Positions 24,001 through 35,155 of a stretch of DNA of 64,000 nt are shown here, in pieces (the stretch's first letter is position 1; every line of letters starts with the position of its first letter). This DNA comes from Cladosporium halotolerans (Eukaryota). The translations under genes were made by a program, and so were the position numbers. The notes beneath the pieces are model-generated. The model was given only the letters and a program-made list of their open reading frames with translations, searched no databases and was not told the origin of the DNA. The DNA lies in contig NW_027191452.1 of NCBI RefSeq assembly GCF_011745625.1, positions 1,054,001 to 1,118,000 on the forward strand, read 5' to 3'.

Positions 24001-25023
24001 TCACCACTGAAGCTCTTTCGACTGCGTAGACCCGCAGCCTCCCTCCTGAGCTTCTTTGCTCCAGTCATACAGTCCACCCCTCTTGACAAAAGCGTCCTGA
24101 TCCCACTTCACCTCATCAAGCGCTTTGGCTACACCAACGTCAAGAATAGAGCTCGACTGCTTCTCTTTCCCCTTTCCCTTGTCCAAAAAGCACATGTATT
24201 CATCCAAGATAAGATAGCTGGAGGCCATGATCTCGTTTGGCTCCGGAATTAAAGAAGGCAAGTGTCTGTGCTTCGCACAGAAAGCCTCGTACTCTTCGTC
24301 ACTAATCAGAAGGCCTTTGGCGTCTCGCTTGCGCTTGTCATTCTCGGTGTCGGCGGTATTGGCGTCGTTCTCGTCTTCTACGAACAAAACTTGAAAACAT
24401 TTCCAGCGCTGAGGATCAAGCTCCTCGACGATCGCCGCCATGTCTTCCTGCCAGTTGTACTTGCAGACGACAGTGTTGAGCTTGAACTTGATCCCGAGCT
24501 TGCGGCACCAGTCACGGATGCGGAAAAGCTGCTCGACGTTTTTGCCAGTGCCACGACCAATGGCTATGTTGGTCTCCTCGTTGAAGCTGTCACAAGACAC
24601 GCCCATCACATCGACAAACTCGCCATACTTGTCAAGCCAGCGCTCAGTCAGCTTTGTGCCGTTCGTGATGATAGAGACGCTCTCCAGTCCCAGGCCCTGC
24701 TTGCAGAACTGGCACAGCCAACCGAGCTTCTCGGGATATAGGAAAGGCTCGCCGCCGGCGAAGTTGATCTTGCGCATTCCGGCCTTCTTGAGGAGCGTGA
24801 GGCCGCGCATCATTTCTTTTTTGGTGGCAACATGCGAGGTTTTCTCGGTGTGGAAGCAGAACTTGCAGGTCTTGTTGCATTTGCGGGTGAAGTGGTAATT
24901 GACTGAGACGGGTTTGGTGGTAAGCTTTCTGACATAAAAGATGTAGGCACTAATAGCGAGCAGGACCAGACAGATGATGGCCTGGCCCATGGTGGAAGTT
25001 TTCAATAATTGTGTAAGAGCCAT
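24001..25023 (-). CDS. RSAD2: Viperin (radical SAM ddhNTP synthase), intronless
   Basis: SVNYHFTRKCNKTCKFCFHT, KINFAGGEPF, VSCDSF..TN..IGRG, FKLNTVV, RWKCFQ, SYLILDEYM, SILDVG, F.KRGG.Y.WSK, terminal Trp; hydrophobic N-terminal segment. Confidence 0.96.
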   Translation of the reverse strand: MALTQLLKTSTMGQAIICLVLLAISAYIFYVRKLTTKPVSVNYHFTRKCNKTCKFCFHTEKTSHVATKKEMMRGLTLLKKAGMRKINFAGGEPFLYPEKLGWLCQFCKQGLGLESVSIITNGTKLTERWLDKYGEFVDVMGVSCDSFNEETNIAIGRGTGKNVEQLFRIRDWCRKLGIKFKLNTVVCKYNWQEDMAAIVEELDPQRWKCFQVLFVEDENDANTADTENDKRKRDAKGLLISDEEYEAFCAKHRHLPSLIPEPNEIMASSYLILDEYMCFLDKGKGKEKQSSSILDVGVAKALDEVKWDQDAFVKRGGLYDWSKEAQEGGCGSTQSKELQW

Positions 25024-25528
25024 CTTGATTGTAGCGTGACGGGGTCGTTGGTTGTATCAGGATCAAGAGTGTGCGACCAGCTTATATGGATCGTCTTCGT
25101 ACTAGTTTGCTAAGCCTTGTGTGCCTAAGACATTGTTGCTTTATTGTCTGCGGCAATCAATCAGTCCAACAGACAAGAAGCAGGTTTCACAAACGTTTGG
25201 CCACTTTCAGTAGCCTGCTACGAGCGAAATGATCAATTATTGGCTTCAAAAGATGCTTTTCCTCATTCACTTGCAGATTATGTCTCAACGACATCGACTC
25301 TGCTGCACAATTCTATGGATCACAACTCGAAGGCCACAACCCGCCACGCCTCGTCAGTCGTCCGACTTCACTTGCTTAAAGAAGTGATTCACTTTCTTTT
25401 CTCAACACACTGGTGAAGAGTCTCACAAGGATACGTGCAATGTTTCAACACCTTGACAACTTGCGCCTATATCAAGGCTGTCTACGGCCAAACAGTAAAA
25501 GATTTCCACGACAACAGAATACACAACA
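25024..25528. promoter_or_regulatory. Probable bidirectional promoter shared by viperin and the NMP kinase
   Basis: 505-bp spacer between divergent ATGs, with TATA-like elements about 60 nt upstream of each start (CATATAAG on - near 25085; TATATC on + near 25468). Confidence 0.5.
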
Positions 25529-26218
25529 ATGTCTACAGCTACAAACTCGCCACCTGGCGCCTCCACAACCAAACAGCCATCCATAATCTACATCCTCGGC
25601 GCGCCAGGCGCAGGTAAAGGCACCCTGTGCTCCTACCTCACGCAACACTACGCCAACGTCTACCACCTCTCGATCGGCGACCACCTCCGTAGCCTCCTCG
25701 CTCTCCAAACAGCAGAAGCATCCCAACAGCTCCTCGGCGGCTTGTCGCAACAGGACTTCGCAGCCCGCATGCAGCGCCGCGAGCTCCTCCCCGCCTCGAC
25801 CATCGTCGCAATCACCCGCGCCGCGATCGACTCCATCGTCCCCCAAGCCTCCGCTGCCGGGCATCAAGACTCCATCATCCTGCTCGACGGCTTCCCGCGC
25901 TCGATAGAGAGCGCCCGGCTCGCGGACGCTGTGTTCGGGCTGCCGAGCTGGGTGTTCCTGTTCGACTGTCCGCGGGAGCTTGCGGCGGACCGCTTTCTTA
26001 GGCGCAGGCGCTCGACGGACGACGATATTGGGGTGTTTGGGAAGCGGTTCGAGGAGTTTGAGAGAGTGAACGGGGAGATTTTGGGGCTTTATCGTGATAG
26101 AGTTGTGGTTTTTGACACGACCATGGCGTTTGAGAAGACGTGGGAGGAGATGGAGACCTTCGATGGGTACTTGACGCAGCTGGGTGCGGTGGAAGTGGAG
26201 AATGGGATCGATGGGTAG
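25529..26218 (+). CDS. Adenylate/UMP-CMP kinase-family nucleoside monophosphate kinase (short LID), intronless
   Basis: ILGAPGAGKGT P-loop, HLSIGDHLR, LLDGFPRS, RFLRRRRSTDD. Confidence 0.9.
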   Translation: MSTATNSPPGASTTKQPSIIYILGAPGAGKGTLCSYLTQHYANVYHLSIGDHLRSLLALQTAEASQQLLGGLSQQDFAARMQRRELLPASTIVAITRAAIDSIVPQASAAGHQDSIILLDGFPRSIESARLADAVFGLPSWVFLFDCPRELAADRFLRRRRSTDDDIGVFGKRFEEFERVNGEILGLYRDRVVVFDTTMAFEKTWEEMETFDGYLTQLGAVEVENGIDG

Positions 26219-26455
26219 AAAGCGAGATGTGACTGGAGGATATAGTGGAGCTACCTCGCGGTGTCGCACTGGTCGAAAACTGGATTTTGATTGCGTGGGG
26301 TCAGTTTCCTGTGAGGACTAGTGATAGAGAAAGACGAAGTGTGTCATTTTGAGCAACTTTCATTCATAGAAGTATCGACAGGATGCATTCAGCTACACCA
26401 TCGCAAAAGCAAACGCCGGTAATGTTGTTCGGTCTTCCCTTTGATTCGTGAGACT

Positions 26456-28351
26456 TTACTCGTTCTCGCGCACATCGATGACGGTCGACTTGAACTTCCT
26501 GGCCGGCACTCTGCGGTTGAACAGAATGTCCAACTCGCGGTAAGAGCGGTGCTTGAACTCGGGCAGGAAGAAGTAAGCGCTGACCCAGCAGACGAGCGCA
26601 GTGCCGCCCCAAACGTAGCCACACTTGCCGGCCATGTTCCAGCCGGTCGGGTTGAGCATCTGTGAAGCCAGGAAGATCATGGGGATCTCGGCCACGTAGT
26701 ATGCGCCACGGCCGACACCAGTGCTTAGGGCACGTAGACGGACCGAGGAGGCCTCGGCGATGATCGAGTAGGAAATCGGGCCCATGGCGCCGGCGTAGAC
26801 GAAAGAAATGAGCACACCAAAAACAGCCTGGGCATAATTGGTTGCCGAGTTCTGCTGGATAGATGCACAGATGCCGAGAAGGATCAGGAAAGTGACGTTG
26901 ACCGCTGTGCCCCAAAGATAGATAGTACGACGGCCGCACCAGGCAGTGAGGAACCAAGATCCGATGTTGGCGATCAGTCCAAGACAGCTGTTGATCAGAC
27001 CGAGCTGAAAGGAGAAGTTGGTGTCCATACCGGCTTCTGTGAATTGTTAGTCGATACCTCCCTCGCACAGTATTACGGATCACGGGTTACTTACGCTCGA
27101 AGAAGAACGTCGCCTGGTTAGCGATGAGGTTGCCGGCAAAATTCTGTGAAGCGTACATTAAGCAAGTGATGATGGTTCGCCTCAGATCAGTGCCCTTGAA
27201 CAAGTCGAGCAGAGTAGGGTTGCCACCGAGTTTCGCTTCAATCTCGACTGTACGCTCGATCATGGCGAGCTTGTCTTGAGAGTCGTGCTTGTCGCCAAGG
27301 CGCTCGATGGACCGAAGAGCTTCGTCCCTGCGACCCTTGCGGGTGAGCCACCAGGGACTCTCAGGAGCGAAGAAAAGGAGGACAAGAAGCGGTGTCTAGA
27401 CCTGAGTTAGCGATGGGCTAATGTGCACTGTAAGGAAGAAACCCACGGGAAAGATCCATTGAAGCGCAAGTGGCATTCTCCAGGCCCACTCGTCGAGACG
27501 CTGGTTGTAGGCGTAGCAAACACCAGCCACAAGTATACCACCAATGGACCAACTCATCTGCAAGGTAGCCGTGCAAACACTTCTGAGCGCGAGCGGGACA
27601 ACCTCACTAGCGTAGGCGGGAGAGTTCGCGATGAAGATGCCCCATGGAACGCCCTCGAACGCCTGGCCGATGACGAGGACCTCGAGGGAGTCGGCCTAGA
27701 AGTCTACAGTCAGTGTCTGGGCGGGTGGAAAAGGATTCACAAAACACTCACAAAGAAGGAGATGAAGATAGTTGCGTTCATGAGTACCAGGCCCAAAATG
27801 GTGGTCCAGCGATAACCCAGCCATGTAGTAATCGGACCAGCCAAGAACACCCCAACGAAGGCACCACATTGTCCAGCTTGAAAGAGTGAAGACTGCCATT
27901 TGGTTTCGATGGCATACACGGGGTCCTCGCCAGGCTCCGAGATCAGCACACCATATTTCTCTTTGAAGTGTGGAAGAGCTACGAAGTTACCGTTAAGGAA
28001 CATATCGAATGACTCCATAACGATGGTAAAGCACATGATCTAGGGTGGAGCGTGAATCAGCTACCTGCATAGGGTTTGAGAAAAAGTGGCGACCTCCGCA
28101 ATTGAGCATCGAAGAACCTGGGGTATTGCGGAGCAGCACTGCTTGTTGAAACTTACGAAAGCCCACATGCAAGCCATCTTGTGGCTCTTGATGGCCTCCC
28201 AAACGGTCTCCTGGTGTTCGGCATTTTCACCCTCGAAGGCGTTGCTCATGAGATCCTTGTTGACCAGGACATCGGAGTGGAGAGTGTTCTTCTCCTCGAG
28301 GGCCTCCACTTCGACATCATTGCGCTTCGGTTCGACGCCGGTCGACGACAT
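26456..28351 (-). CDS. MFS maltose/alpha-glucoside permease-like sugar porter, multi-exon
   Basis: MESFD, W.GYR, PESPWWL, CGRRTIYLWG, EASSVRLRA, PEFKHRSYRELDILF. Confidence 0.9.
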
Positions 28352-30021
28352 CTTGGTTGTGTTTCGCTGTACAGAGGATGTAGTGAGATTCGATGTAGGA
28401 GGGAGTGGTGAGAAGTATCGCAGCAGGTGAAATCGCGAAGAAGGAAGGAGCGCCTGCCGCGTCATAAATGGGTTGCGCAGGCGCGCGCGCGCGCGAGCAG
28501 TCACTTCAGCCAGCGCAATGCAACGCCCACTTCCCGAGACAACAGCGCCTCGTGACAAGCATCCTTCCCAAGCCTTGGAACTCGCGTGCAAGCTATTCAC
28601 TTCGACTTGGCTAGGTTTTGGGCGTAGTGGCGTTTTCTTATTGCGAGCATTGGTGGAACTCAATGCAGTACGAGCACGGGGCATCGGTAAGGCGCCTACC
28701 CCGCGTCGCACATGCACCCCAAGGATGCCACCCCAGGGATAGGAGCAAGTGAAAGCATGGCTATCCACCTTCTCATTAGTCGCGGCCACCGTATGCGGCC
28801 TCGGCGGTGCACGCGGGCAACTCAAAGAATGACCTTGGCGCCGCAAGTGGTCCCGGGATCAGCAAGAGCAACTGTAAACTCACAGCACATGTGTCATCCC
28901 GGCGAGGTGCAGACAAGACACGAGCATCCCCACGTGGCGGCACGGACGGCAATGGCATTAGGAAGGATGTCTGTGGCTGTTTTTCCTCTGAGTCGTGAGT
29001 CGAGACGAACAAAGTCTAACCGCATCGACGCGAGTGTATGCCCATATCTTGCACAGCTGTTGCAGAATACCTTAGGCTATGGTAGAACAGCTCGCGCCGC
29101 ATATCGCCGCCTCTGCATGCCGGCAACAGACAAAGCATAAACTGCCTTGAGCTGGAACAGCCAGCAGGGGTTGCTCCGTAGCATTGCGGTGAAGGCAATT
29201 GGGGGGCAGGCACTCAGAGACCTTGAAGGGCTGAGAGGCAGCCACCGGGTGCCCACCGCCATTTTGCGGCTGACTTCTGTGTAGCCGGGTGGGCGCATGA
29301 AGGCGGTTTAAGATCACTCGGCGCGGGCTCAAGCTCGAGCTAGCACTGTTGTGTGAAGTCAAGTGTTGTGTTGCTGTGTGACCGTCACGTGAGGAATAGC
29401 GGCCAGGGAGTCACCTCTGCATATGCCCCAATATCATCACTCACTCAAGGATCCGGCCGATTTCTTTTGTCCCTACCAATCACGAGATGTGTAGACTCTC
29501 TTCTCATGGCTGTCCAAACTGCAAGCTCGCTTAGATCTGCGATGGGGCAAGATCGTGTACGCTTCATTGGTGCCTCTGTCTCATCCAGCATGAAACAATC
29601 AATCGGTGACCGTGATATCTTGCTTAATCGTATTTGCTGTAGCTTGTGCAGAGGCAACGAGCAGATGCAGAAGCTTCAGATTCTGCCCGCTGCATTCACA
29701 CAATAGCGCACTTGCGATGCTGATTATGTACCCGACAGGGTTGAGTTGAGGATCGCGGGCATCCAAAAGGACCAAAGCGTGCAGTGTGTTAACTTTTCCC
29801 CAAGAATTATTCCTCCACATCATCTAGGCATTCACAGCCTCTTCTCTCACGGCCGAGCAAGGAAAGGAATAGAATCGCACGTGTGAAATGTGGTAGGCTT
29901 CTCGCTGGCTCCTGCAATCTCGAAACCTGGAAGTCTGCGGTCATCGCCTCTGGCTTGTTCCTCGGCCCACCACGCGCGCCGGCCGCGCCTCAGCTTCACC
30001 AGACCTCGCAAAACCCGCAAC

Positions 30022-30878
30022 ATGGTTAAAGCGCTCACTTTCAAGGGCGACAAGCCCAAACCCAAGAAGCGCAAGCGCGCCCAAGAAGACAAAGATGCCA
30101 CAGAAGATGGACCGGCGACAAAACAGCTCGCTGCAGCGGACGCAGAGCCCGAGGAAGACGAGAACTGGGTGTCGGTGGACAACGTGAGCGATCTGGCTGG
30201 GCCGGTGATGGTGGTCTTCCCTTCGGAGCCGGTCGTGGCGTTGGCGTGCGATCAGTTGGGCTCTGTGTTTGCGAGCAAGGTGGAGAATATGGTCGAAGGG
30301 GTGGCCTCGAGCGCAGAACCGCACGACGTGAGGCAGGTCTTTGTCGTGACTCGCGTTGTCGGCAGTGAGCAAAATATAGTGCTCAAGGGTTGCAATGGAA
30401 GGTAAGGGCTCTACGCAATGCTAATCTTCATGGCAAAAACTAACAACTGCGTAGATATCTGGGCTGCGATAGCGTAGGCACATTGACTACCACACGCGAG
30501 GCCATCTCGCCCGAGGAGACTTTCAGCTGCATTCCTTCGCCGACCCAGCCTGGACTCTTCTCCCTCCAAACCATGCGGAAGCATTACATCAGCATAGACG
30601 CCGACGCTGCTCCGCCAGCGGTTCGCGGCGATGCCGACGAGGCATCTCCCACAACTGAGATCCGTCTACGCATGCAGGCGCGCTTCAAGCCGAGGAATAA
30701 GGTTGATAAAGCTGAGAAAGTCCGCGCAAAGATCAGCAGAAAGGAGCTGGAGGAAGAGGTTGGAAGACGTCTGGATGATGACGAAGTCAAGAAGTTGAAG
30801 AAGGCAAGGAGGGACGGAAACTACCATGAGGTTATGCTTGACGTGAAGGTCAAGGGGAAGCATGACAAGTTCGCCTGA
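30022..30878 (+). CDS. FRG1: FRG1-family protein
   Basis: MVKALTFKGDK..KKRKR, AEPHDVRQV, REAISPEE, LKKARRDGNYHEVMLD..K.KHDKFA; one intron near 30402-30455. Confidence 0.88.
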
Positions 30879-31085
30879 TTCAAATCGATACACATAATGA
30901 CTACGAATTTTCACGAATGATCATGGAGAAGAAAGGATATTCTGGGAGATTTATTCGTGTGGAAGCCTACTTGGACCCCTAATTGCCATACTCGCATTCC
31001 TTAACCTTTCGAACCCAAGACTCCCCTTCCCACAGTCTCCGGCTGAAGCCTTGCCCTCCTTACAAAATTACCTTGTTGTCATTGA

Positions 31086-31610
31086 TCAAAACCAGGCTGC
31101 CTCACCCTGGCCATTCTTCTCGAACAACTTCCTCCTGGCCTGCCACCAAGACCCTCCAGTCTGCGAACTCTCCCTGGCGAGTCTTGGTTGCTTTTTGCGC
31201 TCGACGATCACCAGCTGAGCGTCTCTGAAGCGGCGTGATAGACGCGGAAACCGCGGAGGGCTCGGAAGCAAGAACGTTCTTGGGCGGGAGTGCTCATCGT
31301 CCTCGCTCTCAGTCGTCGACGGCTGTCGATCCCCCGAGCGTGGCGCAATTTGCGTTTCTTTGACTGAAGTCTGTTTGCGTCCGTGAGCCGGGGCGGAGCT
31401 AGCTCGCTTTGGTAGCGCAGCGGATCTGAGGAGATCCAGCGATGGGTGCGAATCCGGAATGTTGAGGATATTGTGCGGATCGAACTCCTCCAGTGAATAG
31501 GAATAGTTGGGCTGCGATGGACTGATCGGCGCTGAGACTTTGGGGTGGCCGCAGCACCAAAGGCGCCAATTGGAGAAGAATTTCATCGTGCTTTGGATGA
31601 TACTGGGCAT
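31086..31610 (-). CDS. Hypothetical protein
   Basis: 174-codon ORF with Ser/Pro/Arg-rich content and no recognisable domain; alternative ATG at 31586. Confidence 0.35.
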   Translation of the reverse strand: MPSIIQSTMKFFSNWRLWCCGHPKVSAPISPSQPNYSYSLEEFDPHNILNIPDSHPSLDLLRSAALPKRASSAPAHGRKQTSVKETQIAPRSGDRQPSTTESEDDEHSRPRTFLLPSPPRFPRLSRRFRDAQLVIVERKKQPRLARESSQTGGSWWQARRKLFEKNGQGEAAWF

Positions 31611-33027
31611 GGTGGCTCACTTACAGATGCTCGCGATTTTTTGTACTATGCCTTGTTGCTTTCTGTGAATAGAGAGTTTGCTACGGGGGTCGACAAAGTA
31701 ATGGAACAGCTTCATCAAAGACCTGCTTGTGTTGCGTGTTTGCGCGCACGTCAATCGCATGCGCCGATGCAACGTGCCGGTAGAAGGAGAGTGAAGTGTG
31801 AACCCTTTGATCACATAACGATGACGCTAAGCTATGGTTCACTTACCCAAGGAGCAGTAGTGCTAGTTTGTTGGATTGATCGTTGGTATCGACTGGCGCT
31901 ACAATGCAGCCAACTGGCGGTTGTGGCGCGAACCGTTGAGTGTGTTCTCTCAGAATCCGTGTGCAAGGTCTGAGTCGAGACTTCGTTTGAATGACTTGAG
32001 GCTTGCAACTCACGGTGTGAGCAGCGGAGTACTACGATCGTTCACTTCACTCAAAGGTCTCTGCAGAGGTGCCTGAGGCCACAATGCGTGCAGAGGAACG
32101 ACGCTTCATGCAAGCATGCAAGTCTCTCAGCCAGCCTATCGATATCGTACTTCGTACATACAGCACATGCCCCTGAGCGTGACACCTAGTCTTTACACTA
32201 TTTTTCGACAGGGTGCAAACCCCGGTCTCTTGATTGCAGATGCCGCGTGCCGATCGCACAAGCTGGCTAGCTGCCCTCGCTGCCATAGCCGCCCTGTGTG
32301 CAAGGAACTTCGGGCCCGCGCTTTGGCTAACCTTGTCGTCCCAGGGGATTCATCGCAGGGAATGTCTCAGGCGCCAACCCTGTCCGTCGCGAGTGCTTTC
32401 ACATTCGGCTTGCCGAAACAAAGCGTGAGGGCATAGTGAGGGTTTCTCCTCTCCGCATGTCTGCCCAAGGAGACGGACCTTAACGCTTGCGGCTCCACGC
32501 GAGCACGCGGGCTGGTCAAGCCGCTCCCCAACCGACCGCTTGGTGCAATACGTTGCGCAAAGTTCACTCAGGGCAACACTAACAGAAACCCTTCCTGGGG
32601 CTGGTGTGCTGGCGTCTTGACAACGAGCCAAAGCGGCCAATCGAGTGGGGTCGGTCCCTGATGTCGTCGGTATTAGCTTTGCAAGGCATGCATTAGCCAC
32701 GCGCTAAGGCAGCATGTCCGCGTGGCACCATGCTCGTTTGGAGAGCTTTGTCCGTTTGCGAGCCTCAGCGCGGCTCCGTACGGCCAACCGGCAGGCATTT
32801 CACTTCCAAATCCGCCATGCCACCGAGACATTTTTTGGATGGGCCAGACGTGGAGATGTCGTGGCGCAAGTGCCGAAGCCAATCCTCGATGATCTACACG
32901 GATCTCCTGCGTCCCGCGCTCAAGGATCCCCAAGCCTCCCCAACTATAACAATCAGAGGGGATCCGTTGTCTTCGGGGTCGCGCGCGTCAGGCCCAATGC
33001 GAGCATTCAGCAGCCACCCACTGCAGA

Positions 33028-34325
33028 ATGGCGATCGCTCCAGCAGGCCGTGGCTTTGAGGTCCTCGGCGTCTACGGACTCTTTCTCGCGCTCACTACCC
33101 TGACCGTCGGCTTGCGCGCCTACTGCCGCCTCCGCATTCAGAAGGCTTTTGGTTGGGATGACTGGTTCGCGACGCTCTCTTGGGTAAGCACTGCAGCGGC
33201 ATTCTGTGCTGAGCTCATGCTGAACTGCGACAGGTTTTCTTTGTTCTACATGCTAGTTTCGCCATCACCGGCGTACACCATGGGACCGGCCAGCATGCCT
33301 GGAATATTCAACCGCCGTCCGTGCTGCCCGTAGGCTTGAAGGTATGGCGTGTTAGTCTCCTTTGCAACAGAAGTAAAACTGACGGAACAAGTTCTGGTGG
33401 CTATGCGAGCCAGTATACGTGCTCTCCAACATGGCCATCAAAGCCAGCATCGCAATCATGCTCATGCGCCTCAGCGTGCGGCGCTCCCACAAGATCATTC
33501 TCTACGTCACCATTATCATCACCGAGATCTACAGCGCCTTCTTTTTCTTCCTGTTCATCTTCCAATGCATCCCCTCCAAGTACTTCTGGACGCGCTACAC
33601 CGGCGGTTCCGGCAGCTGCTTGGACACCTCGATCGTCGTAGCCGCGACGTACGGCTACTCCGCCATCACCTGCGCCGGAGACATCATCTTCTCCATTCTG
33701 CCCGTCCTCCTCGTCTGGTCCCTCCAAATGGGCCGCAAGGAGAAAGTTGCCGTCATCCTCATCCTAGCAATGGGAGCCATGTAAGTCCCAAAACCCCCAA
33801 CCCACCACACCCCACTCCTCACTAACAACCACCCTCCCCAGCGCCTCCGTCGCCACAATCATCCGCATCCCCTACGTACACACGCTGGCCGACAAAGACG
33901 ACTTCCTCTACGCCACAACCGACATCGCAATCTGGTCCTGCAGCGAGACCGGGCTGGGCATCACCGCCGCCTGCTGCGCGGTGCTCCGCCCGCTCTTCCG
34001 CAAAACCCTCGTGGCCACCGGCTTCCTGAGCTCCGGCCCGATGTCGCGCATGGACACGCCGACCTTCGCCTCGCAGGGCAACACCAAGAACACCCGCCGC
34101 GGCTACAAGCGCAGCTCCAGCAGCGAGTGGCCCGAGGAGGAGGTGACGCTGCAGAGCCTCAAAGCGCACGGGCAGAAGCCGGGCAAGGACGGGAAGGGCT
34201 TCGGCACGACGGCCAGCGTGTGGCATCCGGACGACGAGGAGGCGGAGAGGGACGCGCAGGCGGGGACGAGCCCGCTGGGGGCGGAGATCATGGTCACGCG
34301 GACGAGGGACGTTACGCGCATTTGA
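33028..34325 (+). CDS. Pth11-like integral membrane protein (fungal rhodopsin domain, no CFEM)
   Basis: LRAYCR..FGWDDW, KASIAIMLMR, FQCIP..FW, D...ILP..VWSLQM..EK, E.GLGITAAC; three introns. Confidence 0.85.
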
Positions 34326-35155
34326 TGGGTTCTCTTTTTCCGCGGGGGTCTGCGTTCAAAAGTTGTAATTAAGTTCCTTGGGGTTGGTGGTTGGGCTGCT
34401 CCGCCAATGTGAGCAATGAACTCTGTCGAAGGTGCAGCAGCAAGGTAGTGAGGTCTGGAACAGCGCGGACAGGAGGCGAGGCAGGACTCTCAAATCGTCG
34501 AAAAAGCTCGCGCGAGCAATCCTCCCGTGCATTCGTGTGTATCTTGCTATGTTTCTGGCGAGCCCGCAGAAATTCGAATCTAAAAACTCCCTAGATAACT
34601 AGGTAGACATACAGTCGTGGCGACATCCCTGCTCACCTCCAAAAACGTGATCGCGAGTCCTACGACGCTCGCCTGATGAACCCAGACCGTGCCGAAGCAA
34701 GCTTTTTGTAACCAATTCGTTCCCGCAGAGGGAAATAGGGAAACGGTAGAGGGGAGAAAGGAAAGAGAAAAAAAAAAAGGAGAAGAACAGAAAAGAGCAG
34801 CATGTCCGTCATGAAGCAAGGCATCGCATTATTACAGGGGGCGCGTCACCATCTGGCGAGCTACGAGTGTACGGGGTGCGAGACTAGCACCGATGGCCAA
34901 AGGATTCCAGCGGTGGCGCGAGCGAGATGCAAAGGCGTGTATCCAACATAATGTCGTCAGGTCATGGGGCCGCGTGGGTTGTATGTTAATGCGTTCGAGA
35001 AGGGGCCGCTGTGGCGCCAAGTGTTTTGTGGACGGTGGCTTAGATCCGAAGCCGCATCATTGCCCTGAGAGGGTGCCTTAGCAGAGCTACCTATCCACGG
35101 CGAGGCTGTTCGGAAGCTCTGGGGTGGAGCCGACGAAGTCCGTCCAAGTCGTTAG

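Noticed and set aside
29353..29830. Possible hidden gene upstream of FRG1
   Set aside because: I found no coherent frame or motif on either strand.
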